Below, one piece after another: positions 9,401-21,400 of a stretch of 57,007 bases of DNA. The notes beneath the pieces were generated by a model, which did no database searches, was not told the origin of the DNA, and worked only from the letters and a program-made list of their open reading frames with translations. How positions within the stretch are numbered: the stretch's first letter is position 1; each line of letters begins with the position of its first letter. Source of the DNA: a virus (lineage: Duplodnaviria > Caudoviricetes); IMG/VR virus record IMGVR_UViG_3300043786_001636, positions 1 to 57,007 of that record. One strand, given 5' to 3'. The position numbers and the translations under genes were made by a program.

Positions 9401-12400
9401 AATCTCGCCTGCGTAGGCGCGCAGTGCGCCCCCCTGTGAGGCGCGGGATTCAGGGAAGCGGACGGAAAGTGGGATGACTTGGCCGGATTCGTCGCGGAGT
9501 ACCGGGTCGGCGGATTTGATTTGGTTAAGGGCAACAACGAGTAATGAATTGTGGGCCTTTCCAGAAGGTGATTCGTCATCAAATTCAAGCGCATCAAAAC
9601 CCGACGCAATAACCTTCTTTTGAATTGAAGAATAATTTACCGCCTCCGCGATATTGCCGCCAGCAGTGTTTTCCCAATCTACCCCGCGAACATCATCAAG
9701 ATTGGCGACCTTCCCATTAAAGTAAAAAGACTGCACAAGCCCATTGTCGGCGTCATTTGCGTAATCACGAGCTACATCAGTGTCATCCGTTAAAAAGATC
9801 GGCCTGTCTTGCCTTGCGATTTTTTCACCTCCATGAAACCATTTTACAAACCCCGCAGCCTTCGCCGCTGCATCCACCATCCGTTGCGCCGTCTCTAAAT
9901 CCCCACGCGCCACGGCATCCAAATATTCCCGATCCGCGTCAGTAAGGCCGATAGGTTCCAAGTCGCTGGACCTGAGGACATTCCTTTGCTTCACTGCATC
10001 TGCCAGCCAGTTTTCTGCCTCATCAATTGCGTTTGCGACGCTTTCCAGAGGCATTTGTTTTTCGGTCAAAAAGTAAGCGTCTAAAAACCCATGAACCTGT
10101 TGCCATTTTTCGGTGGGTTCATGGTCGCGCACACTGAACCGAAACCTGTTTGCGTCCGAATCATCTCCAGCTTGGTCGAAATACCCCTCGCCGTAGAGAC
10201 TTTGCGAACGCCTGAAATCCCCTAATTGCCCTTGTCCGCTGGTATCAAAAGAAAACCCGTGAACTCCTGGCGGAACCACAAAAGTGTCTTTCAACTCCCA
10301 AAGCGATTGCTCCCAAGAGCTTTCATCTTTAAAATTTTCGTCCCTTTTTGCTGTGTTAACTTCGTCCTCAACGTATGCCGCCGCCTCTCTGAACGTATCG
10401 GCGATCCCTTCAAATTCTTCAGATCCGACTGACCCATAGTATCCGAAACGATTTCCATCTTCAAAAATCGTCAACCAATCCCCGTCGCGAGTGCGAGCGT
10501 TCCAATATCCTTCATCGTCCCCATTTTCCCATTTCAGCGACCCAAAACTGGCATTTTCGTTTTCTTTGCTTTGCTCAACAATCCTTGATCGCTCTTGCTG
10601 CGCTTCTTTTTTGGCAGCATAAAAAGCATTCCATGCCCGGTCCGCGTCAGTGAGGCCGCCCTGCGGAGTCGGTGAATTCTGGGCGGCCCCGTCGCCGGTA
10701 GCCATGCCGCCACTTTGTGCTGATGGCACAAAATTGTCAAGGCCCGTCGGTTCCGCATTGCTGGACCTGAGGATGGAGTCACTGCTCAGGTCGAACCGCT
10801 GGCTCAACGGCACGCCCGTGGAGGCTGCGGCACTCTTGATCTGGTTCGGTCGCAGCACAGCCACGCTGTCCGTCATCGTTCCGTCGGCCTCAAGCTCTGA
10901 TTCGTTGCGGTAGATCAACCCGTCGTAGCCAACAGCTTCAAGCGCGCCTTGCATCCCGCGCAGCGTCCCGTCATGTGCAATGCCCTGCCGAGTCAATTCA
11001 GGGCCAAGCGTTTCCTCCGTCCACGAGCCAAGGTCCGGCACCCGCAGAGGGTTGCGCAGGTCAAGGAAATACCGGGCCGTGTTGCGTTCGCGCTCCTCGG
11101 CCAGCCTGCGGTTTTCGCGGGCTGCGTTTGGCCCAAAAGCGAGCGTCACGCCTTTGGCGATCTGCCGAGACTCCGCTTGGCCTTTAGTGCCGAAATGAAT
11201 TCCGAGTTCCCCCGGATTTGCACGGAAGACGTCGAAACTTCCGGTCTTCGGCGAGTAATGGTAGCCTTCGCGCAAGCCTCGTTGCTTCGCCACCTCGTTC
11301 ACCAAGCGTTGCGCGGTGGCCAGGTCGCCCCGGTTGACCGCTTCCATGTGCGCTGCGTCCGCTCTTGCCGTATTTATCGGTGACGGCGCGGCTTCGCTGG
11401 CGTACAAAATGTTGCTTTTGCCGTTGGCGTCCACGTCGGGTAAACTCTCATCCAATGAGATCCTCTTATTCCGCAGATATGTGGACCGCTCTTTACGTTT
11501 TGAATTGGCGGTATTCGCCACGGAGGTGCGGCGATTTTCAGCTTCGACGCGCGTTTTGCGAACTAGCCGGTCGATGGCTTTGGCCGGGTCTGTGTCCGGC
11601 CCAACGAGTGTTCTTGCTGATAAGATTTTGCCAGTTCCAAGCAGAAGCAGTTCGCCGTAAGGGCGATGTTCGGCATCTGTGTCGATGGCCCCGATTGCTG
11701 CGATTTCCTCTGGGCGTATGTGGGCGGTCACCAATTCTGTTTGTGACCCCGGCTCGCGCACTAGGGGCATTGTTTGGCGACCAAGTGGCGCGTTGGCATC
11801 AGCGAAGGCAACGACGGACATCCCGCTCTCCAACTTGCGCTCCTTGAGGCCGCCTTTCATTGGCGGGGATTCCATATCCCGATTTCGGATTTTCAAGTCA
11901 AGGCCAACGATCCGACCTTGCTGTGCGCGGTTCTTGACGATTTGCTTGGCCAATTTTTCGCCAAGCACTGCCGGCAAATCTGCTGCTTTGTAACTTTGAT
12001 CAACCCTCCAGAGCGATGTGCCTGCGATTCTGAAAGCCACATTGACATTGTCGCCGCGCTTGCTCCAATCGACACCATCGACCTGGGTGCCAAAGTCTGG
12101 AACCCTGGCCCGCACCCCGATCACGGTCTGGTCGCCGTAGGCAGCGCGGAACATCGCTTGGTGAACCTCAATCGCAGCCATCAAAGCGCGACCGTTTTCG
12201 CCGTCTTCCTCGACCGCCTGATCCCAATCGGCGCGCACCTGTTGAATGAAATTTCGACCGCGGAACCACCGTGCAAAGAGATCTTTGGCCCAAGCCACGG
12301 CGGACGGGTCAATTCCTCGTTGTTGCGCGAGCCTGTCCAATTCGCGGTCGCGCAAGGCCACGACTGAGTCTCCCTGTCCATGCTGCGCTCCTGCGATGCG

Positions 12401-15400
12401 CGTTGACTCCTCAGCGGTAAAAGCCGCAGCCGACTCGGCGCTGCTGCGCTTAATCGGGGTTGCGCCAGATGCGCGGAGGATGGAGTCAGATTCGGGGTTG
12501 AAGCGCTCGTCTAGAGGGACTCCCGTGAAGGCGTCGGCGGATTTGATTTGGTTAAGGGCAACAACGAGTAATGAATTGTGGGCCTTTCCAGAAGGTGATT
12601 CGTCACTAAATAAAAGCGCATCAAAACCCGACGCAATAACCTTCTTTTGAATTGAAGAATAATTTACCGCCTCCGCGATATTGCCGCCAGCAGTGTTTTC
12701 CCAATCTACCCCGCGAACATCATGAAGATTGGCGACCTTCCCATTAAAGTAAAAAGACTGCACCAGCCCATTGTCGGCGTCATTTGCGTAATCACGAGCT
12801 ACATCAGTGTCATCCGTTAAAAAGATCGGCCTGTCTTGCCTTGCGATTTTTTCACCTCCATGAAACCATTTTACAAACCCTACGGAATACCCCGCAGCCT
12901 TCGCCGCCTTCTCCACCAAAGCCTCCGCCTCTTTGCGCTCCGCCTCGGTGATCGTCCCGGCGTTGTGCTTCGCCTCAAGCTCCGCGTGCCGCGCAGACAT
13001 GGCGGGCTCGGCGCTGCTGGCGCGAAGGGTTTGCAGCGCGTCAAGATTCACCACGGCAACCTCTTTACCCATGGCAATCGCATCGTATCCGGCCTCGCGC
13101 AGCGCTTGATTCAACCGCTCAGGGTATTGACCTCCCCGGGTAATCTCAAATGGCGCGATACCTGACGGAACCCTTTCAATGGCGTCCGCAGTGAGCCGAT
13201 AACGCTGACCGGCATCTGGCAAGATCGCATCGAGTTGATCCGCCACTTGGCGCAACCTGTCGATTTCTGCTTGATCCGTCTCGTCGATCTGCAACAATTG
13301 AGGGTTCGCCGCGACAAAGTCCTTCCACTCTTTTGAAAGTTTGCGCGGGTCTTTCTCCGTAGTCGATACATTCAAATCCGATGCCACATCAAGCATCCGC
13401 TCAGGGATCTCAGCAGCGACCACGCGCACGCCGCGCAACGGAACCCCGCGAGTCTGCATGAAAAGCGATGCGTCCGTTGCTTGTTGCGGGCCGCGCCAGA
13501 AATAGGCCACGCCCCCAATGTATCCTCTGTTCCCCGAGGTTTGACCGATTGATTTCTCCGAAAACGTGTCGAACTCCCGATCAGTGCCGTGACTCATCCT
13601 GCGCTCAATCGGGATGGCGGCAGATGCTTTTAGGTTCGACAGCGCTTCGATTGCTTTCTTTGTTGCGCTGTCAGTGACCTCAATGCCCTCTTGTCGCACG
13701 AGCAACGCGATGCGCTGGGCGTGATCTCCGAGGAGCTCTCGGGAATCGTCGGCGTTGTTGACGCCGTTGATGCCCTCCATGCGGTTGGTCCCGGTGTGGA
13801 GTCGGATCCCTCCGATGGTCTTGTTGCCCGTCGGCGGGAGGAGGAGCCAGTAATCGACGCGCGAGAGGTAGTCGCGGGCCATGCTTTCGCCGTTGGTGCA
13901 CCAGCTATCGGGGCTGAGCGCCATCAGGGCTTTCACGGCGTCATCCTCTATGGATGGCACTTCTTCGAATCCGATCTTGTTTAGTTCTTCGTCAACAAGG
14001 ACCGACGCTGCTGCGTTGGCCGCAGACTCCTTGTCTGAATATGTATTACCAAGATCATAGGTCTCCCATCTGGTATGACGAAAAACCCACTGCCCTTGGT
14101 ATTCCGCGATAAAGTCTTGAGCCTCTTCCTCTGTGTCGAAGGTCTTGACGGCTTCATCGCCGTCGGGGTCTGCGGACGAGTTGACCGTAAACCCAAAATC
14201 ATCCTCTTCGGCGTAGAACAAATCAGACACCTGAGCCACTTCGATTTCGGAAAAATCCAAATACCCTTCGATCACATCACGGGCCTTATACTCAGCTTCT
14301 ACGCGATCCGATCCAACGACCTTGCTCCCGTCGGCAAAAGTCACGAACACAGAGGTGCCTGAATTCTTATTCCCCGGCACGAACACCCACCGATGCCCGT
14401 CGCCCGCCTTGATCGTGCGCAAGCCCTTCGTCGCCGCCTTGGCCCGCTCCTCGTCGTAGATGGCTAACGGCGACAGCCCGGGCTCACTCCCTGTCGATTG
14501 CAAGGGAGTCCGGGTTCGCGCGTTGGGTGGGTATTTTGCATCGTAGGCAGCCGCGATCTCCAGCTTCTTCGCACTGGGATTTGACTGCTTGAAGCTGCGA
14601 GCAAAAACGCGAAATGGCGGGCGGGATGTGTCGGTGTAGCTTTCAAGAGGGATCACCTCATCTGCATCCGTCTCATCTGCAATCACCTTGTCCGAATTCT
14701 TTCGGATTTCCTCCATGGTGGATTCAAGGACTTCCGGGTTCAATTCGCGAGGCCGCCCGAACCCATGGTTGTCGCGGGCGCCGATGCTGTGTTCGAGAAT
14801 GTCCCACGCTAGGTTGCGGGCGTATGGGTCGGTGATCTCGCGAATCTTGCCGCGCAATTCCTCAAGCTTGGCGATCTTTTGGGCGAAGTATGCGTCACCC
14901 CATCCCTTTGGACGTTCGGCCATTTCTGCCGCCAGCTTCGCCTCTTCTGCGCGAAGCTTCGCGACCTCGCCCTGCGAATCGTCGAGCATGTTCGCCCACG
15001 CCTCCGCCGCCTCGCGCCTCGGGCGGTTGACGTTCTGCTCCACCCACGCTTGCCATCCTGCTTCCGTAGTGACCAATCCTTCGCCCTTTGAGCGAGCCAA
15101 TTCCGCACGCTCATATTCAGCGTAGGCGTCTTCAAATCGCGTCCACGCCTCGTTTGTCCCAAGTCGTTGCGCTTCAGCCTCAAGCCGTTCGTGTTTTCGC
15201 TTCAACGCGGCAATCGCCCTAAGTTCGGCCTGTTCTCGCGCGATTGATTCGGCGTCCGGAGTGTGCAAAAGGTCCAGCGTATTGCGCCCCTCGGCAATCC
15301 CATACTTGACTTGCTTCTCAGCCGCCGCACGCACTGCTGGCTCCAAATGACGGACGTCTTCCGGGTCAACTTGAAAACGGTTCTGCGAACGGCGTTGAAA

Positions 15401-18400
15401 CTCCGCCTCGGCGAATGCGTCAAGGTCCGCCCGGGTCTTGATCTTCAGCGTGTTGATCCGTCCCCGGCGTCGGCTCAGGAACGCAAAGACGAAGGGCTCG
15501 CTTTGACGGTCCACGTTAAAGCGTCGGGCCATAGCCGAGGGAACCGCCGCGCTGGCTCCGAGGGTGTCGTTCTCTGGCGGCGTGACCGGGTCGGCTTGCG
15601 GCGGGGTGAAAGACTGCTCGGATGGGGTGGTCAGTCCCCCAGAACGTGCGATTCCTTGTCGAACTCCAGATCGTACGCTTCCCTTAGCGTCAGCTTTCTT
15701 CCCATCAGCTTTTCCAGATACGGAAGGCTTTCCTGAAGGGCGCGGACCACTTCCGGCGTCAAATCGAGCCCACTCAGGGTGTCGGATTCCGAGGCCGATG
15801 ATTTGTTGGCGGGTGGATTCGGCATCAGTAGAATTTGCCCACATTTGTGTGACTTGTCCAACGAATGCTTTGGAGCGTTTCAAGTCGTCGGTAAAGAGTC
15901 CACGGACTGCCTCCCAAGTGACCGACTGCATTTGGCGCGGCATAATCCCACGTTCTTCGGCGGCTTGCCGGTAAGCTTCGTGGAACATCCAGTAGATGCC
16001 TGAGTTCCCGCCGCCAGCGACACCGGCATCACCGAAGCTCAACCCGACCAAGTATCCTTTGTTGCCCATAGGATACAACGCCGATGCGTTGACTGCGTGC
16101 GTGTCGATTGTGGCATCGCCAGCAGGGCTGTTTGGGGCGATGATGTTGTTGTAGAAATTGCGGATTTTATGCTCGTTACCCAGTGTCGCCGAGATGTTTT
16201 CCGGTGATCCGTCGTAGGCGACGGAAAGCCCCTTGAGGATGAAAACGTCAGCCTGCCAAACCATCTTCTTAGTGCTTCCGTCGAGGTTCCGGCGCAATCC
16301 TAGGTTTTCTCCTTCTGGGGAAAGGACTTGGTGTTCCAGACCGTGGAAGTGCTGTGAGAGCAGGCGGGTCGCTACTGCGGCGAGGCGTTTGTCGACAAGA
16401 TCGCCGGATGCCCACAGATCGTCGATAGAACGACCCTCCAGTAGCTTGAACTCCTTGCGCCGCTTGGCTGCGTCTTGCGCCGAGTCAAGCATGCCGCGCA
16501 TCGTCTTGCTGAACTGCTTTCGCGTGATTACGACGTCACGGTGATTGGCGAAAACATCCGCCATTCTCTGCGCCATAGCGACATTCTGAAACCAATCTTT
16601 CATTGGTGACAGCACCGCCATGATTCCAGCAGCCTGCTCGTTTGTGATGCCGTTATCGGACGCAATCGACTCTGCGATCAGTCGCGCCCCATCATACCAA
16701 TGTGTTGACCGCACCGTCAGGTTGTGACCCAACGTGTCGAACGCATCGTAAAGAGCAAGGATGTTGCCCTTAAAGAAATCGATGAGGACGTCACGACGAG
16801 TTTCTGGGTCGGTGCTCTCCATCAAATAGGACGGCAAAGGAACGTCATCAACAAAGTGCGTGATTTTGGGCATTTGCTTCGCTAGACCTGCGGCATTCAC
16901 GGAGTGAATGCCGTCGTTGGTGTCGCGGGTTGTCGGCTTGACCTTGCCTTGCCATGCGGTGCCAACTCGACTGAAATCGTGCCTGCCGCTCGGGCGACTG
17001 ATCGGGGTGTTTGCATTAAGGGTTGGCACGGCGGCGGACGCCATCAACATCTCGTTTTCGGGCGGCGTTACCGGGTCGGCTTGCGGCGGGGTGAAGGATT
17101 GCTCGGATGGAGCAAACGTATCCTTGCCTGCATCGACAAGAAGCGCCATCGCTCGCGGATTGTCGCGATTCTTGAGTAGAACAGATTGCGCCGCTAGGGT
17201 GATCTGGTCGGCCTGCATTTGTTGCGACAACGGGATCCCCTTGTCCGCCTCGCGTTTGATAAACGCTCGCGCTTTTTGGACTGCATCCCGTAAACCTTGC
17301 GGGTCTAGTTCGCGTGCAAGGGCGATGATGGCCGGGGCCGTGATCGGTTGCGAAGGAGTTGCGCCGGATGCGTTGAGCGTCTCGTTCTGCCCGTCTTCCT
17401 TCGGCTTCGGCGCGGTGAAGGATTGCTCGGATGGGGTCAGTAGGTCGCCCTGTCCGGCCTCGCGGTCGATTTCGGATTGAGTCCGGGAATCGGGTTCAAC
17501 GAACTCCGTCCCTCGCGTGTTCTGTCCCGTGAGTCGGAATCCTGAGTCCTGCCCGGTGGCGTCCAAGAAATCCTTGTCACGGAAGTCGATTGGCTTTGCG
17601 GGAGTCTCACCCTTGAGTTCCGCAATGGTCGCCGGATCGCCGTAGAATCGTTGAAACCGGGCTTTGTCGGATTCAAGAGATTCAATCCGGGATTGCACCG
17701 CTGCCGGGTCGCGAACGTCCACCCCTAGCTTACGGGCGGCTTCCGGGTTGCGCGCCGCGCCTTTGACCGCGCGGATCTGTTCGTCAATCTCGCGAATCCG
17801 TTTCTGCGATTCTTTGACTAGCGCCACCGCGCTGTTGAGGTTTGCGTCATCGAACCCGAACATGTCGCCCTGCTGGCCTTGTTCGTTCGTGTTCCGAGTC
17901 GCTCGGATCAACTGCGTGAGGGCTTCCGGGGAGAGTTCCCCAGCGTAGCGAAGCCCGACCGCTTGGAGCGCGGCATCGCCCGGAGCGGCTTCAGCTATTG
18001 CGGCGGCTTTGGCGTCCGCGATTCGTCCTGCTGAATGGAGAGCGTAGAGATCAGGGCTGCCGTCTCGGCCAATCGCGAAGCCGGAGCGTCCTTTAGCCCT
18101 TGCAAGAAGACCGCGCGCCACCGCTTCCTCGCGCGTGATTCCTGCGGCTCGGAAGTAAGTTGCGAAGTCGGAGATTGAGCCTTTTTCATCTCGGATATTA
18201 AGCTCAGCGTCTAAGATTTGCGCGTCAAATTTCGTGAATCCATCCGATTCGTTAAAAATTTGCGTCGGGATCGTCTTTTCGCCGTTGCGGCGGAACAAAT
18301 CCAACCGATGCCGCCCGCTGATGACCTCCACGTCCCCGTTGAGCCTGCGCCACGCAATCACTGGTCCCAGTCCGCGCCGATCCACTTTGCCTTCCAATCG

Positions 18401-21400
18401 TTCACCGCGAACGACGCCGGTTTCCGGGTCTGCATTCTCTTTGAAGTTGGGGACGTCCTTCGACAGCTTGAGTTTTGCGACTGGGAACTCAGGCTCAAAT
18501 TCAAACTCAAACGCAACCGCGGTCGCAACATCAGCAACATCAGCAACATCAGCAACATCAGCAACATCAGGCGCAGCGATCAACATCTCTTTCATGGTCG
18601 CGTCCACGTTGCTCACGAAACGCTCCAATGCGATAGACGTCACAACGTCCTCCGCGCTCAGGTCGCGCAACAAGCGGTTCAGCGCCGCCTTTACCCACCG
18701 CAGGATTTTGCTGAAGACCAAGCGCAGTTCCGATTGGCGAATCAAATCCTCTGAAATTTGCCCGCCTGGAATCCTGCCTTCTACCACCATGCGCACCAAT
18801 TCCGATGCCATGTGGAAATCCGTGGCCAATCCTGCGGCGATAGCAGCTTGTTTTGCTTCCTTGGTCTGAAAGTATTCTTTGTTGACCAAAGTTTGCAGCT
18901 TGCGCCCGGCCTCGCTCTTGCCCAATTCGGACCAAACTGCCGCGACTTGCTCTTGCGTGAATTCGCCCTTTGCAATGGCGCGAATCATCGCGTGGTGGAT
19001 GAACTCATGGCGCACGGTTTGCGCCACGTAATCGCGGCGCCCACGTTCCAACTGAGACAAAATAACGCCTCGGTGCAGCACCAACGCCTGCTGCTTCATG
19101 TCGTATTCCATCGGCGGCCCGGTTTTTTCATCGGTCACCACAACTTTTGGAAACGACCGCAACATCGGCGCGACTTCTGGTGCCACTTGCGCCAACCACG
19201 CAATCTGCGCCTCGTTTGGCGATGGCTGCGTTTGCGTTGCTGCAGGAGCAATTTGCTCTTCGACGATGCTCGTGCCTTTAGCAATCGTTGCGCCCTCTCG
19301 CGCAAAAGCCGCAGCAACGTCCTCGTTCGATTGTTGCTCTGCGTAGTCTTTCGTCAGCGTGCGCCCGTCATTGGTCTGAATGGTGTAGCGGAATACCGCC
19401 GCATCCTCCGAGGAAGATGCGGCGGCGTCCTGCCGCCCTTGGCTTTGCGCTTCAGGAGTGCCCACCCCTGAAATTCCAGAAACATTTTCCTGCGCCCTCG
19501 TTTGCGCAGTGGCGCGATTGCCATCCCAGTCGCGCGCTTGTTGCTCAGTCATGGCGCTAAGTTGCGCCACTGCTGGCGACGTTTGCTGCAACCAGGCTAG
19601 GCCAGCGTCGGTGACGATGTTTGCCGTTTGGCCAGCTTCCAAAAACGGCGTATTGATGACGGCTTGCACCGCGCCTATCGCCGCCATTTCCGCTTCTGTG
19701 GCCTGCCCGCCATTGAGGATGCGACCGAGCCCGCGGGCCGCTGCGCGATTCTGTTGCCCTTCTCGGGCGGCTTGCATCTGCGGCGACGCTTCTACGTCCT
19801 GCGGTGCGATCCCTGCCTCCAAAGCCTGCTGGCGAGCCTCTGTGATGGCAGTCACGTCCAAAACCGGATCGGTCTCCTGCGCAGCAGCAACAATCGCCCG
19901 CGCCCGGTCTTGCGTGCGCTGCACCGCCTCGGCAACACTGCGCTCAAAATTCGCAGGGTCATTCAACAAAGCGACTGCGGCCAGCGCCTCGTCGCCGTCG
20001 CGGCTTTGGCCAAACATGCTTTCTGCACGTTGTAACGCTTCCTGCGTTACACCGAGTTCATTTGCCAGACGCGCAGGAGCGATGCGTTGCGCGAGCTCCA
20101 TGTTTGCCCGCAGCACTCGCACCATCGGCTCATTGCTTTCTTCAAGAAGCTTGCGCTGCGCCGTTTGCGCTGCCGGCGTCGTCAAATCCAGACGCGCTTG
20201 ATTGTTGGCGAGGTATTCAAATCGCGATGCTGCGTTTTTGATCTTCGCCGCCCGCGCTGCGATCTGCGGCGTGTAACCGGCGGCAACGAGTTGCTCTGCT
20301 GAGGCTTCAGCCACGGTCGGCAACGAGGCCGCCAGTGCTGCTTTCAGATTCGGGTCTGCGACGTTGTTGAGATCGAAAGTTCCGCGCCCGAGGGCATCAG
20401 CCCTGCGCCCACTGCCGTAGACCATCGGCCCGGACATCATCAATATGCCCATGAGCATTTGCGGGGTCATAGCCACAAACTGCTTCATGTCCGATTGAAA
20501 CCGCGCGCCGATGTCGCCGCGGTCAGCCCCAAACAATTCGGCCACAAGGTCGGCTCCGTAGGGCGTCACCTGTTGCACGACTTCCTCAAGGTATTCTTCC
20601 CCGATCCGCAGGCCGAGGCGGCGACCGAACGAAGCCATGGGTCGCACGCCCACGCGAGCCATGCGAGCCGCAAGCGCTCCTCCCGCGGGGCCTAAACCAA
20701 CTTTGAGCGCTTTGCCCAAAAACCTTTCCACGGCGCCCTGCACCGTGCCGACGAGCACCGCATCCACCAGTTTCTCGGTTGCGGTCATTCGGCGGTATGG
20801 GGGCGGGTTCTCCCCGTTCGCAACTGCCGCGCGATGCTTCAGTTGGTTGTCGCCCTCGATTTGTTGGAGTTGATCTAAACGCTCCCCAGCAAAAGCTGCA
20901 GCCATAAGCGGCACGCCGGCAAAGGGAATGGCGCCGAGACCCATGTAGGGCGCCGAATCGATGACGACTTTGGAGCTTTTCTCAAGGAACCCTTCCGTGG
21001 GCTTGATGAATTTGTCCGCAAACGATCCTTTTGTCGGTTCCCACAAGCGTCCAGTCTGCAGCGCCGAAGGACTCCATTCGCCTTGCTGCAAGTCTTTCAA
21101 GCCCCGAATGAACATGTCGTCCAATGACGCTTGTTTCGCTTGTCTCTGTATGGCTTCGGCTTCCGCTGGCGTGGCCTTGCGCTTGGCGGAGCCTGTGCCG
21201 TAATTGCCCCAAGTGGAACTCATGGGCAATTTGGGCGCGTTTTCGTCATCGACCCACAAAGTCCCGCCTTCCAGCACTTGATCGCGGACTGGTTGTTCAG
21301 CAGCGAGTTGCAACTGACTCAGCACGTTGCCGATGGCGTTTTCGGCGTCGGTCACAACACCTTTGGCGGATTGTTCGGTCTGGCCAAACTCGCCCGCCAA

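Noticed and set aside
9506-12880. Diversity-generating retroelement TR/VR pair
   Set aside because: The mismatches are not adenine-specific (they include G/C and G/T), both copies are coding, and no reverse transcriptase is present.
15576-17437. CRISPR array or mini-array from the dispersed repeats
   Set aside because: The repeats are in frame, hundreds of bases apart and encode a peptide linker. No cas genes were seen.
18318-18324. Second CUGAUGA hammerhead core
   Set aside because: It lies antisense within the giant gene, with no matching stems or GAAA arrangement seen.
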